A DNA stretch of 64,000 nt from an uncultured Lentisphaerales bacterium (GCA_943788985.1 CALSSJ010000007.1:10268-74267), one strand, 5' to 3'. Shown: positions 10,036-20,404, counted from the first letter of the stretch. The notes: generated from the sequence alone by a model not told the origin. Numbers and translations are program-made.

Positions 10036-11267
10036 GTGGAGCTTCGCGAGCCAATCTCGCGATCAATAAACAGCAGGTAGGCGATCACGATTGCACCCGC
10101 GATCAGCAACATCGCATAGATCGATGAAAGCCCCACGTAGGCCGCAGGGATCGGCTTATGGCTCGTGAGCGCATCGGCCATCCAGAACTGCTGCCAGTTC
10201 GGAATTACTGCGTGGAGAAACGTCATCACACTGTTGCGGATGACACCCACAGGCTTGGCCAGCATCGCCATCAACGGGCTGGGTGGTCGGGATGCCACGT
10301 CGGAGAAGAAGACGATGACCGCTCGGCCGATGCAGCAAAGCGAGACGAGCGCGAACCCCGCATGCACCTGCCAGCGCCTGCAATCCGCCCGCTTGCGACG
10401 ATCATACCGCTTGAGAGCTGCCACCCAGGCCAGAATGAACAGGGGCAACGCAACCAATGGCCAGAAGTACAATGCATGGGCCAGTTCCACATCGGCCAGA
10501 GCCATGGATACGCCATACACGTGATCCGAGATCAGACCGAGAAAAAAGAACAGCAGGCAACAACTCACGTTGGTCGTCACCGAGAGCTGAGTGGACAGCG
10601 CGGTCGCGATGGAGCCCATGGCCAGAGCGGCTAGAGCGACCAGAATAATCGCATAGACCACGTCGATCGAGTGTCCGGTTGGGGGGCCGACATACCTTCC
10701 AGAGCTATACCGCGGCAACAACCCGGTAACAGCCATTCCCACGAACGTTGCCGCAAACGTGATTAAAGCCGCTGGCTTCGCGTAGGAAGTCTTGCGGCGG
10801 TAGTTGAACCAACCGGCAACCAGCTGCGCACCCAGATAGGCGGCGACCATGGAATAGAAGACTGTGAAATCGTAACGGTACTGGTCGACCGCGATCTGCA
10901 ACGTGATCAGCAGCGCCATACCCGTAGTGCTGGCGAAAAGCAGCACGGCAGCAAGAATACCGATGAACTTAGCCAGCAGGAATTGGAACCAGCCTACGGG
11001 CTTAGAAAGAATGAGCAGCGCGGTGCCAGACTCGATCTCCAAGTTGATGGCCCGGTTAGCACAGAAGGCCGCGGCGATCCAGCTGCCGAGCAACACCACC
11101 GACAACCCGGCATCGGTCACCAGCTTTTCCTGAGCGCGAAACACGTACTGCGCCATGGGAGGCTGGAGATGGATAATCATCACGCAGCTGCAGAGCATGA
11201 CAGAGTAAACCGGTTGGCGCAACGCCTCGGTAAAGGTCTGACGGGCGATGGAGAGCGTGGGTGACAT
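10032..11267 (-). CDS. ABC-2-type transporter permease-like membrane protein
   Basis: IARQTFTEALRQP, EIESGTALLILSKPV, FLLAKFIG, VIPNWQQFW; many TM helices. Confidence 0.8.
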   Translation of the reverse strand: MSPTLSIARQTFTEALRQPVYSVMLCSCVMIIHLQPPMAQYVFRAQEKLVTDAGLSVVLLGSWIAAAFCANRAINLEIESGTALLILSKPVGWFQFLLAKFIGILAAVLLFASTTGMALLITLQIAVDQYRYDFTVFYSMVAAYLGAQLVAGWFNYRRKTSYAKPAALITFAATFVGMAVTGLLPRYSSGRYVGPPTGHSIDVVYAIILVALAALAMGSIATALSTQLSVTTNVSCCLLFFFLGLISDHVYGVSMALADVELAHALYFWPLVALPLFILAWVAALKRYDRRKRADCRRWQVHAGFALVSLCCIGRAVIVFFSDVASRPPSPLMAMLAKPVGVIRNSVMTFLHAVIPNWQQFWMADALTSHKPIPAAYVGLSSIYAMLLIAGAIVIAYLLFIDREIGSRSST

Positions 11268-11308
11268 TCAGGCGCGGGCCAAAGCCGTCCGTGTAGGAAG
11301 CAGAGCGG

Positions 11309-12136
11309 TTACTTGCTGTCCCAGAACATACGGCTGCGCTTGGCATTGCGATGCCGGTGGATGCGCGGGGATGGCCGATGTGCCGGAGAGACGCGACTCG
11401 CGGAAGGCAACGGTGGCGCATGCGCGTTGGCTTGATATGTCGGGCCTGTCTGCGGGGCCGGTGCAGCCTTCGCCGCAGCTTCGGCCTCCGCCTTGGCTTT
11501 GGCAGCAGCGGCATCAACAGCCTCAGCTTCCAGCTTTTTCCGCCGGTCGATCCATTCTTTTCCCTGGCGACCGTCACCGACGACGTATTCGCCAAAGATG
11601 GTGTGGTTTACCGGCGACACGATGCGCCCGTCAGCGTCGACTTGTTCGATCAGCACCAGGTAATCCAAATGGAGATTCTTCACCTGGAGCAGGTCCTCGG
11701 TGGAGGCTGCAATCTGGCCCCAGTCCTCGTTGTTGATGGCCCACGTCGGAATCTCGGCACCGATCAATTTGTCGTGAAAGGCCTGCGGGGCATACCGCTC
11801 GCTCCCTAAAAACAGAACTTTCTTGGGGCGCAGAAAGCGCACAAACTCGAGAAAGTCCCCATCATCGACTTCAAGCGACTGCCCGCTTGGCGGGACATAG
11901 TAGCAGCGATCATCTTCCGATCCCGTCGGCAACAGCAGCATCGGCTGTTCCAGGCGCTGCTGAATCAACTCAGCCAGCACGCGGGACTCGACGAAGTTTC
12001 CGGTCACCACCAAAGCCTCGATTCGCTTAGGCTTTTTCTTCCCAAGTTTTGGCAACCGCCAATTCGCAGCCGCGTTCGCAGCAAACATCATAAACACAAA
12101 AACTGAGAGGACTCGAAACATTTTCATAACCTTCAC
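11309..12136 (-). CDS. Exported hypothetical protein
   Basis: Signal peptide (...FAANAAA), globular middle, Ala/Pro-rich tail. Confidence 0.7.
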   Translation of the reverse strand: MKVMKMFRVLSVFVFMMFAANAAANWRLPKLGKKKPKRIEALVVTGNFVESRVLAELIQQRLEQPMLLLPTGSEDDRCYYVPPSGQSLEVDDGDFLEFVRFLRPKKVLFLGSERYAPQAFHDKLIGAEIPTWAINNEDWGQIAASTEDLLQVKNLHLDYLVLIEQVDADGRIVSPVNHTIFGEYVVGDGRQGKEWIDRRKKLEAEAVDAAAAKAKAEAEAAAKAAPAPQTGPTYQANAHAPPLPSASRVSPAHRPSPRIHRHRNAKRSRMFWDSK

Positions 12137-12201
12137 CTAAAATCTAACTGGTGCCTACTACCGAATAGGCGTATAGATACACGCCACGGAATAGCGGCAG
12201 A

Positions 12202-13179
12202 ATGCTCGCCATGTATCGTATACTAAAGATCCCTTCGCCCATGTCAACGTTTGGTTATCCAAAACCTTCCCTGTCTGCGGAAAAAGTCTCGCTCCAGCCC
12301 TTTCTGTCACCGGCAGATCGCGTGCGGCGCGCGGCTATCTTCATGAGCGGCTCCGGCGCTAACGCGGAAGCAATTCTGCACGCCCTACAGGCAGACCCGC
12401 ACCCGCAACTCGAGATTGTCGCGCTGGTCACAGACCGGCCGACACGCAGCCGCACCCATGAGATCGGCGCGGCTTTCGGCTTGCCGGTGATCGCTCAAGA
12501 TATTTTTGAGTACTATCGCAGTCATGGCCAGCGACGCGTCACACTTGCCACGGCGGAAGGGTGCGAAATGCGCAACCGCTGGACCGACGCGCTGCGCGAA
12601 CAACTCGTGCCGCTCGCGATCGACTTCGGCATTTTCGCCGGGTTTGTGCCGCTCTGCAATATTGCCGGAGACTTTCCGTGCCTGAACGTCCACCCCGGTG
12701 ACCTCACCGTACTGCGTGACGCCCAACGCTACCTGGTAGGCCTGCATACCACGCCGATCGAACGCGCGATTCTCGCCGACCATGACGCGCTGCGCTCCAG
12801 CGTGATCATCGCCGAGCCGTTTACCGCTGGTGGGGACAACATGGATTCCGGCCCGTTGCTCGGGATCTCCGCGCCAGTTCCGGTGCACCTACAAGGCGCC
12901 GCGCTTTGCGAACTCCGCAAAATCTTCGAGGCCCGACCCGCCATTCGCCCTGCCAAAGGCTATGGTGACCAGTTGGAAGCCATTGCCGATGAGAACCTCG
13001 ACCGGTTGAAACACGGCGGAGATCTCTTACTTTTCCCACGCGTTGTTGCGGAGTTCGCAGCAGATCGCTTTGCTCTGGACGAGTGCCAGGCCCTCCACTA
13101 CGCGAGTGAGGGTACCTGGCGGCCTGTTCAAACCGTCGTCTATCACCAGGACGCCAAGCCACGTACCATTCCACGCTGA
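12202..13179 (+). CDS. Formyltransferase-family (PurN-like) protein
   Basis: [31 protein letters not shown] motifs. Start uncertain (12202, 12211 or 12241). Confidence 0.75.
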   Translation: MLAMYRILKIPSPMSTFGYPKPSLSAEKVSLQPFLSPADRVRRAAIFMSGSGANAEAILHALQADPHPQLEIVALVTDRPTRSRTHEIGAAFGLPVIAQDIFEYYRSHGQRRVTLATAEGCEMRNRWTDALREQLVPLAIDFGIFAGFVPLCNIAGDFPCLNVHPGDLTVLRDAQRYLVGLHTTPIERAILADHDALRSSVIIAEPFTAGGDNMDSGPLLGISAPVPVHLQGAALCELRKIFEARPAIRPAKGYGDQLEAIADENLDRLKHGGDLLLFPRVVAEFAADRFALDECQALHYASEGTWRPVQTVVYHQDAKPRTIPR

Positions 13180-13186
13180 GGTAGCT

Positions 13187-13777
13187 ATGTCCCGCACCGC
13201 CACAGAGTCCCGCACTACTGCGGAAACCAGTATCGAGATCAGCCTCAACCTCGATGGATCCGGAATTGCGAACATCGCAACCGGAATCCCATTTATGGAC
13301 CACATGCTCACGTTATTCAGCCGCCATGGCTACTTCGACCTCTCCGTCAAAGCCGCGGGCGACTTGGAAATAGATGAGCACCACACCATGGAAGACCTCG
13401 GGCTGGTTCTGGGCACGGTCATTCGCCGGGCGCTAGGGGACAAGAAAGGGATTCGCCGCTATGGCTTCTTCCTGCTGCCAATGGACGAGACGCTCACTCG
13501 CGTCGTCTTGGACCTCTCAGGGCGCCCCTACTTGTCCTACCACGCCACTTGGCCGTCGGACTACATCAAAAGCATGAACGTGCGCCTCTTCTGTGAGTTC
13601 TTCCAGGCGCTGACCAATACTTTGGGCGTAAACCTACACATTGACGTGATTCGCGGCGAGGATGTCCACCATATCGCTGAGTCGATGTTCAAGGGTTTTG
13701 CTCGCGCGTTGGACGCAGCCACGCTCATTGACCCGCGCGAAATCGGTGTTCCTTCCACCAAGGGCTCGCTGAGCTAA
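13187..13777 (+). CDS. hisB: Imidazoleglycerol-phosphate dehydratase
   Basis: [52 protein letters not shown] upstream of ATG 13187. Confidence 0.97.
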   Translation: MSRTATESRTTAETSIEISLNLDGSGIANIATGIPFMDHMLTLFSRHGYFDLSVKAAGDLEIDEHHTMEDLGLVLGTVIRRALGDKKGIRRYGFFLLPMDETLTRVVLDLSGRPYLSYHATWPSDYIKSMNVRLFCEFFQALTNTLGVNLHIDVIRGEDVHHIAESMFKGFARALDAATLIDPREIGVPSTKGSLS

Positions 13778-13836
13778 CAGCCTGACAGGGTGCAAGAACT
13801 GCGCCAAGACAGCCTAGCCTTGTCACGGAATCGAGA

Positions 13837-13954
13837 TCGTTGTCGTTGTCAGCGAATGCGGTTGTCGTTGTCGTTGTCGTCACTCTATCCTTCCGGGACG
13901 CAACACGAATACGACATCCGCGACGCTGATACCGACGAAGATGAGAGGGAAGGA
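13837..13954. repeat. Intergenic hexamer repeats (TCGTTG)n with a degenerate inverted arm
   Basis: TCGTTGTCGTTGTC...GTTGTCGTTGTCGTTGTCGTC followed by an ACGAC/CGACG-rich arm, downstream of hisB. Confidence 0.55.
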
Positions 13955-14609
13955 GACCCTTGGGCCCGTTCGTAGCGGCATTCACTACTCTGCGGCGCTA
14001 CTCTTTCCTTTTCCGCCGGACGACCGGCTTGCGCCCCTGCGTGTTCTGGGAGAAAGTCGTCCGCCTGTAGTGCCTCCCCGAGAAACACGGGCACTGCCGC
14101 TTACGGCTCGGCTTGCTCAGGTGCAGCAGGCGCCAAAGCAGCCGACAGCGGCGATCGATGAAACAATAGTTGTGTCCCGATCCTGAACATCGTCTGGAAG
14201 CTAATCAAGCGCAGGGCGATTTCATCAAGATCCCGTTCCGAACTTCCTCTTCCTCTGCGATTTTCTCGGTCAATCCTGGGTCGAATTTGGCACTGAAGAT
14301 CGACTTTCGCTCGCGCTTCTTTTCTTCCTTCTTGTCTGGCTTCTTCTCCTGAGGCTTGGGTTGGTCCTTGAGCTTTGGTTTCCGAGCCAAGGCGGCGGCT
14401 GCGGGCTCACGGTCGCTTTAGTAGTCCCGCCAGCGTTGCCACAGGCGCACTGCCGGATAGACCACCCCAATCAGACCAATCATTGCCAGCACAAGATAGA
14501 CAGCAAAACTCTGATCATTCTTGACAGATATCGAGGCAAAAACGAGTCGAAACTCGACGCGATCCACCTTGTTATGTATCGCCATCCGAGAGGCGCTTGT
14601 AATCTGCAA
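13885..14609 (-). pseudogene. Degraded gene for a membrane-anchored, charged low-complexity protein
   Basis: ORFs 14418..14609 (TM helix) and 14205..14390 (Lys/Glu-rich) share a frame, separated only by TAA at 14418-14420. A shifted frame continues through another TAA into ORF 13885..14094. Confidence 0.4.
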
Positions 14610-14637
14610 AGCGAATAGCTCGTTGCTGCGCGAGCTC

Positions 14638-15441
14638 TCACCTCGAAGCTTTTTCCGACATTCGCTCTGCGATGATCACCACAACCAAAGGAATTGCCGC
14701 CGCGAGCGGATAGAGCTCCCGCCATTCAGGGCTGTGATACGGCATGCGCGCAGCGATCTCCAACTCCGAAAGCACCGGCAGCGGGAGCGGCGATGGCTCC
14801 GCGACTTGAACGATGCGCAAACCGGCAGCAGCGACCTGTGAGACCAATTCTCCAATTGGTTGCACGCGCGCTGCGATAAACGCATCACTTTCCTCACAGA
14901 ACCGAACGTCCGCTGGCGGGTTGTAGTAGTCCCGTACGAACATGCCACTGCCCTCATCATCGATGTCGAGCCACTCTGCCGCGAACAGCGGATGGCCAGT
15001 GGTCAGGACCAAATGTCCGCCAGGTCGGAGCAGCGCAGCCATCGCCCCAATGACTTCTTCGGGAGCTTCCGCGAAGGGCAGGGCGTAGGTGCTGTGGACT
15101 AGGTCGAACGTGGGAGTAAGGGGAAACGGCAAGCGCTCCATACCCGCCTGCACCCAGCAGACTCGATCTGCCCCAGGCAACTCGCGGCCATGTTGCAGCT
15201 GGCGCCGTGAGACATCCAGAGCCGTACACCGCAAGCCCAGACTGGCAAGATAGATGCTGTTCTGCCCAGCTCCTGCGCCGATCTCAAGCGCTGTCTGACC
15301 GCCTTGTAGCGGAGGGAGCAGTCCTAATTCTTGGTCCCCGGGGAGCAGCGGCCCATAGTGAAAGTTGTCTGTGGCGATTCGGGTGACCGCCTGGTACTCA
15401 TGGGACAAGGCGTCCCAGTATTGCTCGTTGGCTGCGGTCAA
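14638..15441 (-). CDS. Class I SAM-dependent methyltransferase
   Basis: ALEIGAGAG, ALDVS, FDLVHS, LLRPGGHLV. Confidence 0.9.
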   Translation of the reverse strand: MTAANEQYWDALSHEYQAVTRIATDNFHYGPLLPGDQELGLLPPLQGGQTALEIGAGAGQNSIYLASLGLRCTALDVSRRQLQHGRELPGADRVCWVQAGMERLPFPLTPTFDLVHSTYALPFAEAPEEVIGAMAALLRPGGHLVLTTGHPLFAAEWLDIDDEGSGMFVRDYYNPPADVRFCEESDAFIAARVQPIGELVSQVAAAGLRIVQVAEPSPLPLPVLSELEIAARMPYHSPEWRELYPLAAAIPLVVVIIAERMSEKASR

Positions 15442-16106
15442 TCGCCTGCTCTGCCACGCGGACGCTGCGGTCGATCTGGAGCACCTCCACCTCGGCGTGG
15501 TGGGCTACTACGGTCTCCGTCACTGCGACGAAAACCGCCTTTTCCACCGCCACCGCCACCGCCACTGCTGCTGCCACCACTGCTACCTCCGCGGTAGTCA
15601 GACCGGCCTTGTGGCCTAGAACCTCCGCGTTCGTCCCGTCGACTATCCCCACGATCATCCCGGCGACTGTCGCCGCGGTCATCTCGTCTAATGTTATCCC
15701 GGCGGTCGTCACGTCTATCATCTCGGCGATCACTCACGGGGCGGCGCGGTGGCGCTGCCTCTTCGCGCGCTTCCTTGCGCTGCTCGGCACAAATCCGGGT
15801 CAACTCCTGCGCCTCGTTCAACAGCTTAGGCAAGGCGCCCGTAGCCGATAGCCGGGCTTCAATGGCTAGCTCAAGCCAATACGCGGTCTCATCAGCAGCA
15901 GTCTCTGCTTGGCTGTAGCGCGATCCACGTTCGAAGCGATTGCGCATGGCGGCGCGTACATGGGCCCCGATGGCCGTACCGATCTGCAATAATTGCACAC
16001 GAATCAATCGCGCTTGGTGAGAGTCGGGTAGCTTCTCCGCCTGACTCATTATGGCCAGGGCAAATGCCTTGGAACGTACGTCCAGTTGAAGATTGTCGTC
16101 ATTCAT
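15438..16106 (-). CDS. Four-helix-bundle (23S rRNA IVS protein/Avd-like) domain with Arg/Asp/Gly-rich tail
   Basis: RSKAFALAI...QLLQIGTAIGAHVRAA...ADETAYWLELA...LLNEAQEL fits the four-helix-bundle family; then RRDD repeats and an RGG/poly-Gly tail. Confidence 0.8.
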   Translation of the reverse strand: MNDDNLQLDVRSKAFALAIMSQAEKLPDSHQARLIRVQLLQIGTAIGAHVRAAMRNRFERGSRYSQAETAADETAYWLELAIEARLSATGALPKLLNEAQELTRICAEQRKEAREEAAPPRRPVSDRRDDRRDDRRDNIRRDDRGDSRRDDRGDSRRDERGGSRPQGRSDYRGGSSGGSSSGGGGGGGKGGFRRSDGDRSSPPRRGGGAPDRPQRPRGRAGD

Positions 16107-16182
16107 GCTTAAAAATCCTTATGTGACTGACGCAGGGGTCAGGAATCAGGGAGCGTATCAGGCGCTGAACCTGCAGGCTCCA

Positions 16183-16410
16183 TCAGCGGTCTTCGGTCTC
16201 ATGCTCCCGCTCATCGCGCTTGATCAACATCGCCGCAGTGCGGGCCGAGATGTCAGTCGGGGTTGTGCGTAGCGTGGTCTTCTCGATGTAGGAGGTACGA
16301 TCACGCAGCAGCTTTCTGGCAAACTGCTCCACCGAAACAGCGTGGAGCTTGGCCACTTTCGTGTAGTGGGCGTATTCTTCTCCGGGCACTTCTATGACAA
16401 TCTGCTTCAT
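16183..16410 (-). CDS. Small hypothetical protein, possibly ribbon-helix-helix-like
   Basis: 75 aa; the pattern MKQIVIEVP-helix-SVEQFARKLL resembles RHH. Confidence 0.55.
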   Translation of the reverse strand: MKQIVIEVPGEEYAHYTKVAKLHAVSVEQFARKLLRDRTSYIEKTTLRTTPTDISARTAAMLIKRDEREHETEDR

Positions 16411-16552
16411 GGGCCTGCGTTTCGTGTTTCAAGAACAGGGTTCAGCTGCGGAATTCAGCGCTCTGCGACTACTGTATCTGAAGCGCACGCCCGCGCGCTG
16501 CGAACTCCGCAAATTGGCTCGCACGCTACTCAGCGCCGTGATCAACGCGGGC

Positions 16553-17554
16553 TCAACCCGCCGTCTCTTCCTGCTGGGCCAGCACTCTCTGTGCTAGCAT
16601 TTCCCGCAGTGTCTGCTCCAACCCTTCCGCTGACTGGGGACGATCATCCGGCTCACGGCAGACCATGGATGTGATCAACTCGACAAGGTCTGGCGAAACC
16701 GAGTCTAGTCCGGTGACTGAACGATGCAGGCGAAACTCACTGACATGCTGACGCAGCAGCGAGTTTGCCTCGCGAGCCGCAAAGTAGGTGGTGCCTACCA
16801 GCATCTGATACAGGACCATGCCGAGGCTGTAGATTTCGGCCTGAATACCCTCGCCATCTCCCATGAGCCGTTCCGGCGGCACGTAGACCGGCGAGGCCTC
16901 GATCACCTCGCCCAAATCACGCGCCGCGACAAAGCACGGGATGCACAACCCAAAGTCGAACAGCATGGGAAGGCCTTGTTCGTTAATCATCACATTGTCA
17001 GGCTTCACGTCGCGAAACAGGTAGTTGAGCGAGTGAATGTGGCGAATCGCACTGACCAGATCTGCGGCAATCGTCAGCGCCTCGATCTCATCAAGCCGAC
17101 CGCGTCGCTCGATCCGCTTTGTCAGCGTTTCCCCACGGATGTACTCACTGGCCATATAGAACTCGTCCTGATGCCAGCCATGGCAGACTACATTGGCAAT
17201 ATTTGGGTGCCCGCTGAACCGCGTTGCCATCTGGGCTTCTCGCTGTAAAGAGTGACTCAACCGGCGTCGATTCTTGCCCCGCTGCGGCACCAGCTTGATC
17301 GCGTAGATTGAGCGACGATGAATCTCATGAAACGCCTTGTACACAACGCCCATCCCCCCGCCGCCAACGACTTGGAACAACCAAAACTCCGCGACTGGCG
17401 TCGGCACCAGCAGCACATTCCCGCAATCAGGACACGACACCATCTGCAACGGGTGCGTGTGCTGTAAGGACATCGCCAGCTCACAGTACGGGCACTCAAA
17501 AATCCCGTTGTGAAAGTTGTCAATGATCTCGGCGGGCGTGGGACCGGTAGCCAT
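16553..17554 (-). CDS. Ser/Thr protein kinase with N-terminal Zn-ribbon
   Basis: CPYC...CPDC, GGGGMGVVYKA, AIK, RDVKPDN, DFG, YVPPER. Confidence 0.92.
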   Translation of the reverse strand: MATGPTPAEIIDNFHNGIFECPYCELAMSLQHTHPLQMVSCPDCGNVLLVPTPVAEFWLFQVVGGGGMGVVYKAFHEIHRRSIYAIKLVPQRGKNRRRLSHSLQREAQMATRFSGHPNIANVVCHGWHQDEFYMASEYIRGETLTKRIERRGRLDEIEALTIAADLVSAIRHIHSLNYLFRDVKPDNVMINEQGLPMLFDFGLCIPCFVAARDLGEVIEASPVYVPPERLMGDGEGIQAEIYSLGMVLYQMLVGTTYFAAREANSLLRQHVSEFRLHRSVTGLDSVSPDLVELITSMVCREPDDRPQSAEGLEQTLREMLAQRVLAQQEETAG

Positions 17555-17561
17555 GGTGCGA

Positions 17562-17960
17562 CTATCGCGTGCCTAATTCCTGGCGGATAAGCTCTGCGAG
17601 GTTCGCAAGCTCCGCCGGGTCAGCGGCGGCTGCGTTGGCAAAGTTAAGATCTGTCACCTCTTGAATCGGGACGAGGTGCAAGTGCGCGTGCGGCACTTCT
17701 AGGCCAGCCACCATCAGGCCGACCTTCCGACAGGGCACCCCCCTTTCTAGTGCCTGCGCCACAGGCCGCGCAAAAACCATAATCTCGCTCAGCAACTCAT
17801 TCCCCATCTCGAAAAAGTGATCAATCTCAACTTTAGGAATGACGAGCGCGTGACCTCTGGCAATCGGCCGGACGTCTAGGAATGCGAGAAAGCGATCGTC
17901 CTCCGCAAGCCGATGGCAGGGAATCTCACCGTGAATGATGCGGCTGAAAATTGTGGTCAT
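17562..17960 (-). CDS. HIT family nucleotide-binding protein
   Basis: TIFSRIIHGEIP, GHALVIPK, histidine triad HAHLH; start ATG 17960. Confidence 0.93.
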   Translation of the reverse strand: MTTIFSRIIHGEIPCHRLAEDDRFLAFLDVRPIARGHALVIPKVEIDHFFEMGNELLSEIMVFARPVAQALERGVPCRKVGLMVAGLEVPHAHLHLVPIQEVTDLNFANAAAADPAELANLAELIRQELGTR

Positions 17961-18116
17961 ACAGCTTCCCTCGATTTGCTTGCGTTCTTCGATACGGTAG
18001 CTGATTCCACGGGGCTGCGCAAGGCAGAAGTCAGGGATGCCGCTTTTCCGGTTTGCGCACTTCGTCAGCGGCGCTATTCTGCATTGCAACCGCATACCGA
18101 CCCACGGCCGCACGCA

Positions 18117-20003
18117 ATGTCTGCATTTCTTGACGCCATACAGTCCCGCACCCTAATCTGCGACGGTGCGACGGGCTCGCTAATCTTCCGCAAAACCGGA
18201 AGACTTTCCGAGCAGAACCACGTCTATGAGTCCTTCAATGCCGATCAGCCCGACCTCCTACGGGATGTACACTGCGCCTATGTCGAAGCTGGCGTGGACT
18301 GTCTCACCACCAACACGTTCGGCGCCAATCCACGGGTCCTGCGGCGCTACGGCCTGGAGCATCGTACAGCTGAGTTCAACACCACCGGGGTCATCCTGGC
18401 CCGTGAAGCCTTTGCCCGCTACGACCGTCGAGGCTTCGTCTTGGGCTCCATCGGCCCCACCCCTTCGTCTGCCTGCACGAGTTCCAGACTCAAGCGGATC
18501 TACCACACCCAGGCTACCACCTTGGCAGATGCTGGCGTCGATGCCTTCCTACTCGAAACATTTGCCAATCTCGACATTCTCAGCGGGGTCATAGAGGTCC
18601 TCCAGGGCGTATCGACTGAGATTCCCATTATCGCCCAGGTCACATTGCGCATTCCCCATGGCCACGCAGAAGGCCATATCAAGGCCAAAGCTTTGCTGGA
18701 TAAGATCGCATCCTCGGGCGTAGCGGTGGTGGGGGTCAACTGCTGTTCCCCGAGCGAAGTAGAGGGCTTCGTGATTGAACTTGCCGCGGAGCGCGACCGC
18801 CGGAAGCTGGACCTAAGCCTCTCGGCCATGCCCAATATCGGCACTCTCCAGGGGGAAGGAAACCGCCTGGTGAACCTCTCCAACCCAGAGTACATGGGCC
18901 GCCAGGCACGCACTCTCTGCGACCTAGGCGTTTCGTTGATCGGCGGCTGCTGCGAGGTCCACCCCGAGCACATTCGCGAAGTTCGCAACTATGTGCAATC
19001 GCGCCAACCTGGCGGGAGAGAGGCCTACCAAGCTGTAGTTTTTGCCGGTGGCCACAAGCCCGCGGGCCCCACTCGCAAACAAGAGAACGGCCCCTTCTCA
19101 CGAAAGCTTTTCAACAACGAGTTTGTTGTCAGTGTCGAGCTGCTACCACCACGAGGCACAGCGCCCAAAACCGTCGACAGCAAGATCGCCTTTGTTTCCG
19201 AAATGGCCGAATCCGGCCTCGCAGATGCCATTGACATTACCGATGGCTCGCGCGGGATTCCCCTGATGCCACCCGGTGATTTCGCCATGCTATGCCGCCA
19301 GGGAATGGCAGATCCCAGTGCCCTCGAAATCATCCCGCACTTTACCTCGCGGGATCTGAACACGCTGGGTATTCAAAGCCGGCTCATCGGCTATCACTGG
19401 AACCACCTGCGCAATGTCCTCTTTATCACCGGCGATCCGCCTAAAATGGCACCAGACTACCCCGCCTCCACGGGCGTGTTTGATCTCGACAGCGTCGAAC
19501 TCGCGCGTATGACTCATCTCGGGCTCAACGCCGGGCTAGATTTTGGCGGACGCCCCCTCTCGAAGCAATCCCTCCCCTGCCAGTTCACAATCGGGAGCGG
19601 CTTCGAGCCTGAAGCGGTTGACCTCGACGCTGAGGTCCAAAAACTCGAGCGTAAGATTGACGCCGGTGTCGACTACTTCATGACCCAACCTGCCTTTCAT
19701 CGCGAACCGCTGGACGTGCTCACCCCCTACCGGGACAGAACCAAGGTCTTAGTGGGAGTTATGGTGCTAAGCAGCCTGGCGCAAGCACAGCGCATTGCCG
19801 CCGTCCCCGGCGTCGTCCTCCCCCGGCACATTTTGGACACGCTCGCCCAATACGACTCCGCCGAGGACCAAGCCAAGGCCGGGATGGACCTCGCGGTTGC
19901 CCAGGCCGCCTGGGTGCGCAGCAACGGCTGGGACGGCCTTTACATCATGGCACCCGGCAGTCACAAGAAGATCTTAGATATTTTGCGGAGTTCGCAAAGC
20001 TAG
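18117..20003 (+). CDS. yitJ: Bifunctional homocysteine S-methyltransferase / 5,10-methylenetetrahydrofolate reductase
   Basis: DGATGS, TNTFGAN, GVNC, IGGCC in the N-half; SVELLPPRG, ITGDPP, YFMTQP in the C-half; start ATG 18117. Confidence 0.9.
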   Translation: MSAFLDAIQSRTLICDGATGSLIFRKTGRLSEQNHVYESFNADQPDLLRDVHCAYVEAGVDCLTTNTFGANPRVLRRYGLEHRTAEFNTTGVILAREAFARYDRRGFVLGSIGPTPSSACTSSRLKRIYHTQATTLADAGVDAFLLETFANLDILSGVIEVLQGVSTEIPIIAQVTLRIPHGHAEGHIKAKALLDKIASSGVAVVGVNCCSPSEVEGFVIELAAERDRRKLDLSLSAMPNIGTLQGEGNRLVNLSNPEYMGRQARTLCDLGVSLIGGCCEVHPEHIREVRNYVQSRQPGGREAYQAVVFAGGHKPAGPTRKQENGPFSRKLFNNEFVVSVELLPPRGTAPKTVDSKIAFVSEMAESGLADAIDITDGSRGIPLMPPGDFAMLCRQGMADPSALEIIPHFTSRDLNTLGIQSRLIGYHWNHLRNVLFITGDPPKMAPDYPASTGVFDLDSVELARMTHLGLNAGLDFGGRPLSKQSLPCQFTIGSGFEPEAVDLDAEVQKLERKIDAGVDYFMTQPAFHREPLDVLTPYRDRTKVLVGVMVLSSLAQAQRIAAVPGVVLPRHILDTLAQYDSAEDQAKAGMDLAVAQAAWVRSNGWDGLYIMAPGSHKKILDILRSSQS

Positions 20004-20024
20004 TCGAGAGCAGGAGGAGCCATA

Positions 20025-20404
20025 ATGGCAGAGTTACGCGATGAAGTCTATCACCCAAAGGGTGAGTTCAATGGCAACATTGACTTCCTCCTGACCCCAG
20101 ACACACCAATGGCTCCGGAAGAGATTCCGGACAGTGTCCCGGTCCTAGGCCCTAACGGCCGCTCCTTCGAAGTTCTTCGCTAAGGGCGCAAAGACGCTGC
20201 CTGCGCGCTGACTCTCTAGGCGGAGCCCCCTTTTCCGAGCAAGGCAACACCGTTGAGGTTTACCTGGGAGAGGCCCACGTCGGGTCGCTGACGCTCCGGC
20301 TCGAAGTCGGCGAAGAACAGCCAGCGGGAAATGCTGGCTGCAGCAATGCCATAATTGTGCTCGGCCTGACCTGCTGCGCTGCCCTACGCGCCTTCCTCCA
20401 ATAG
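20025..20404 (+). CDS. Small hypothetical protein (52-aa ORF 20025..20183, probably frameshifted into a frame ending at 20404)
   Basis: Strong SD AGGAGGAG at 20012-20019 before ATG 20025. A shifted frame stays open to TAG 20402-20404 and ends in a hydrophobic helix. Confidence 0.45.

Noticed and set aside
397..14420. Stop-codon reassignment suggested by in-frame stops at 397 and 14418
   Set aside because: The stops differ (TAG and TAA), and all three stop codons terminate well-conserved genes normally in this window.
15438..16106. Diversity-generating retroelement (Avd-like gene)
   Set aside because: No reverse transcriptase and no template/variable repeat pair seen in the window.
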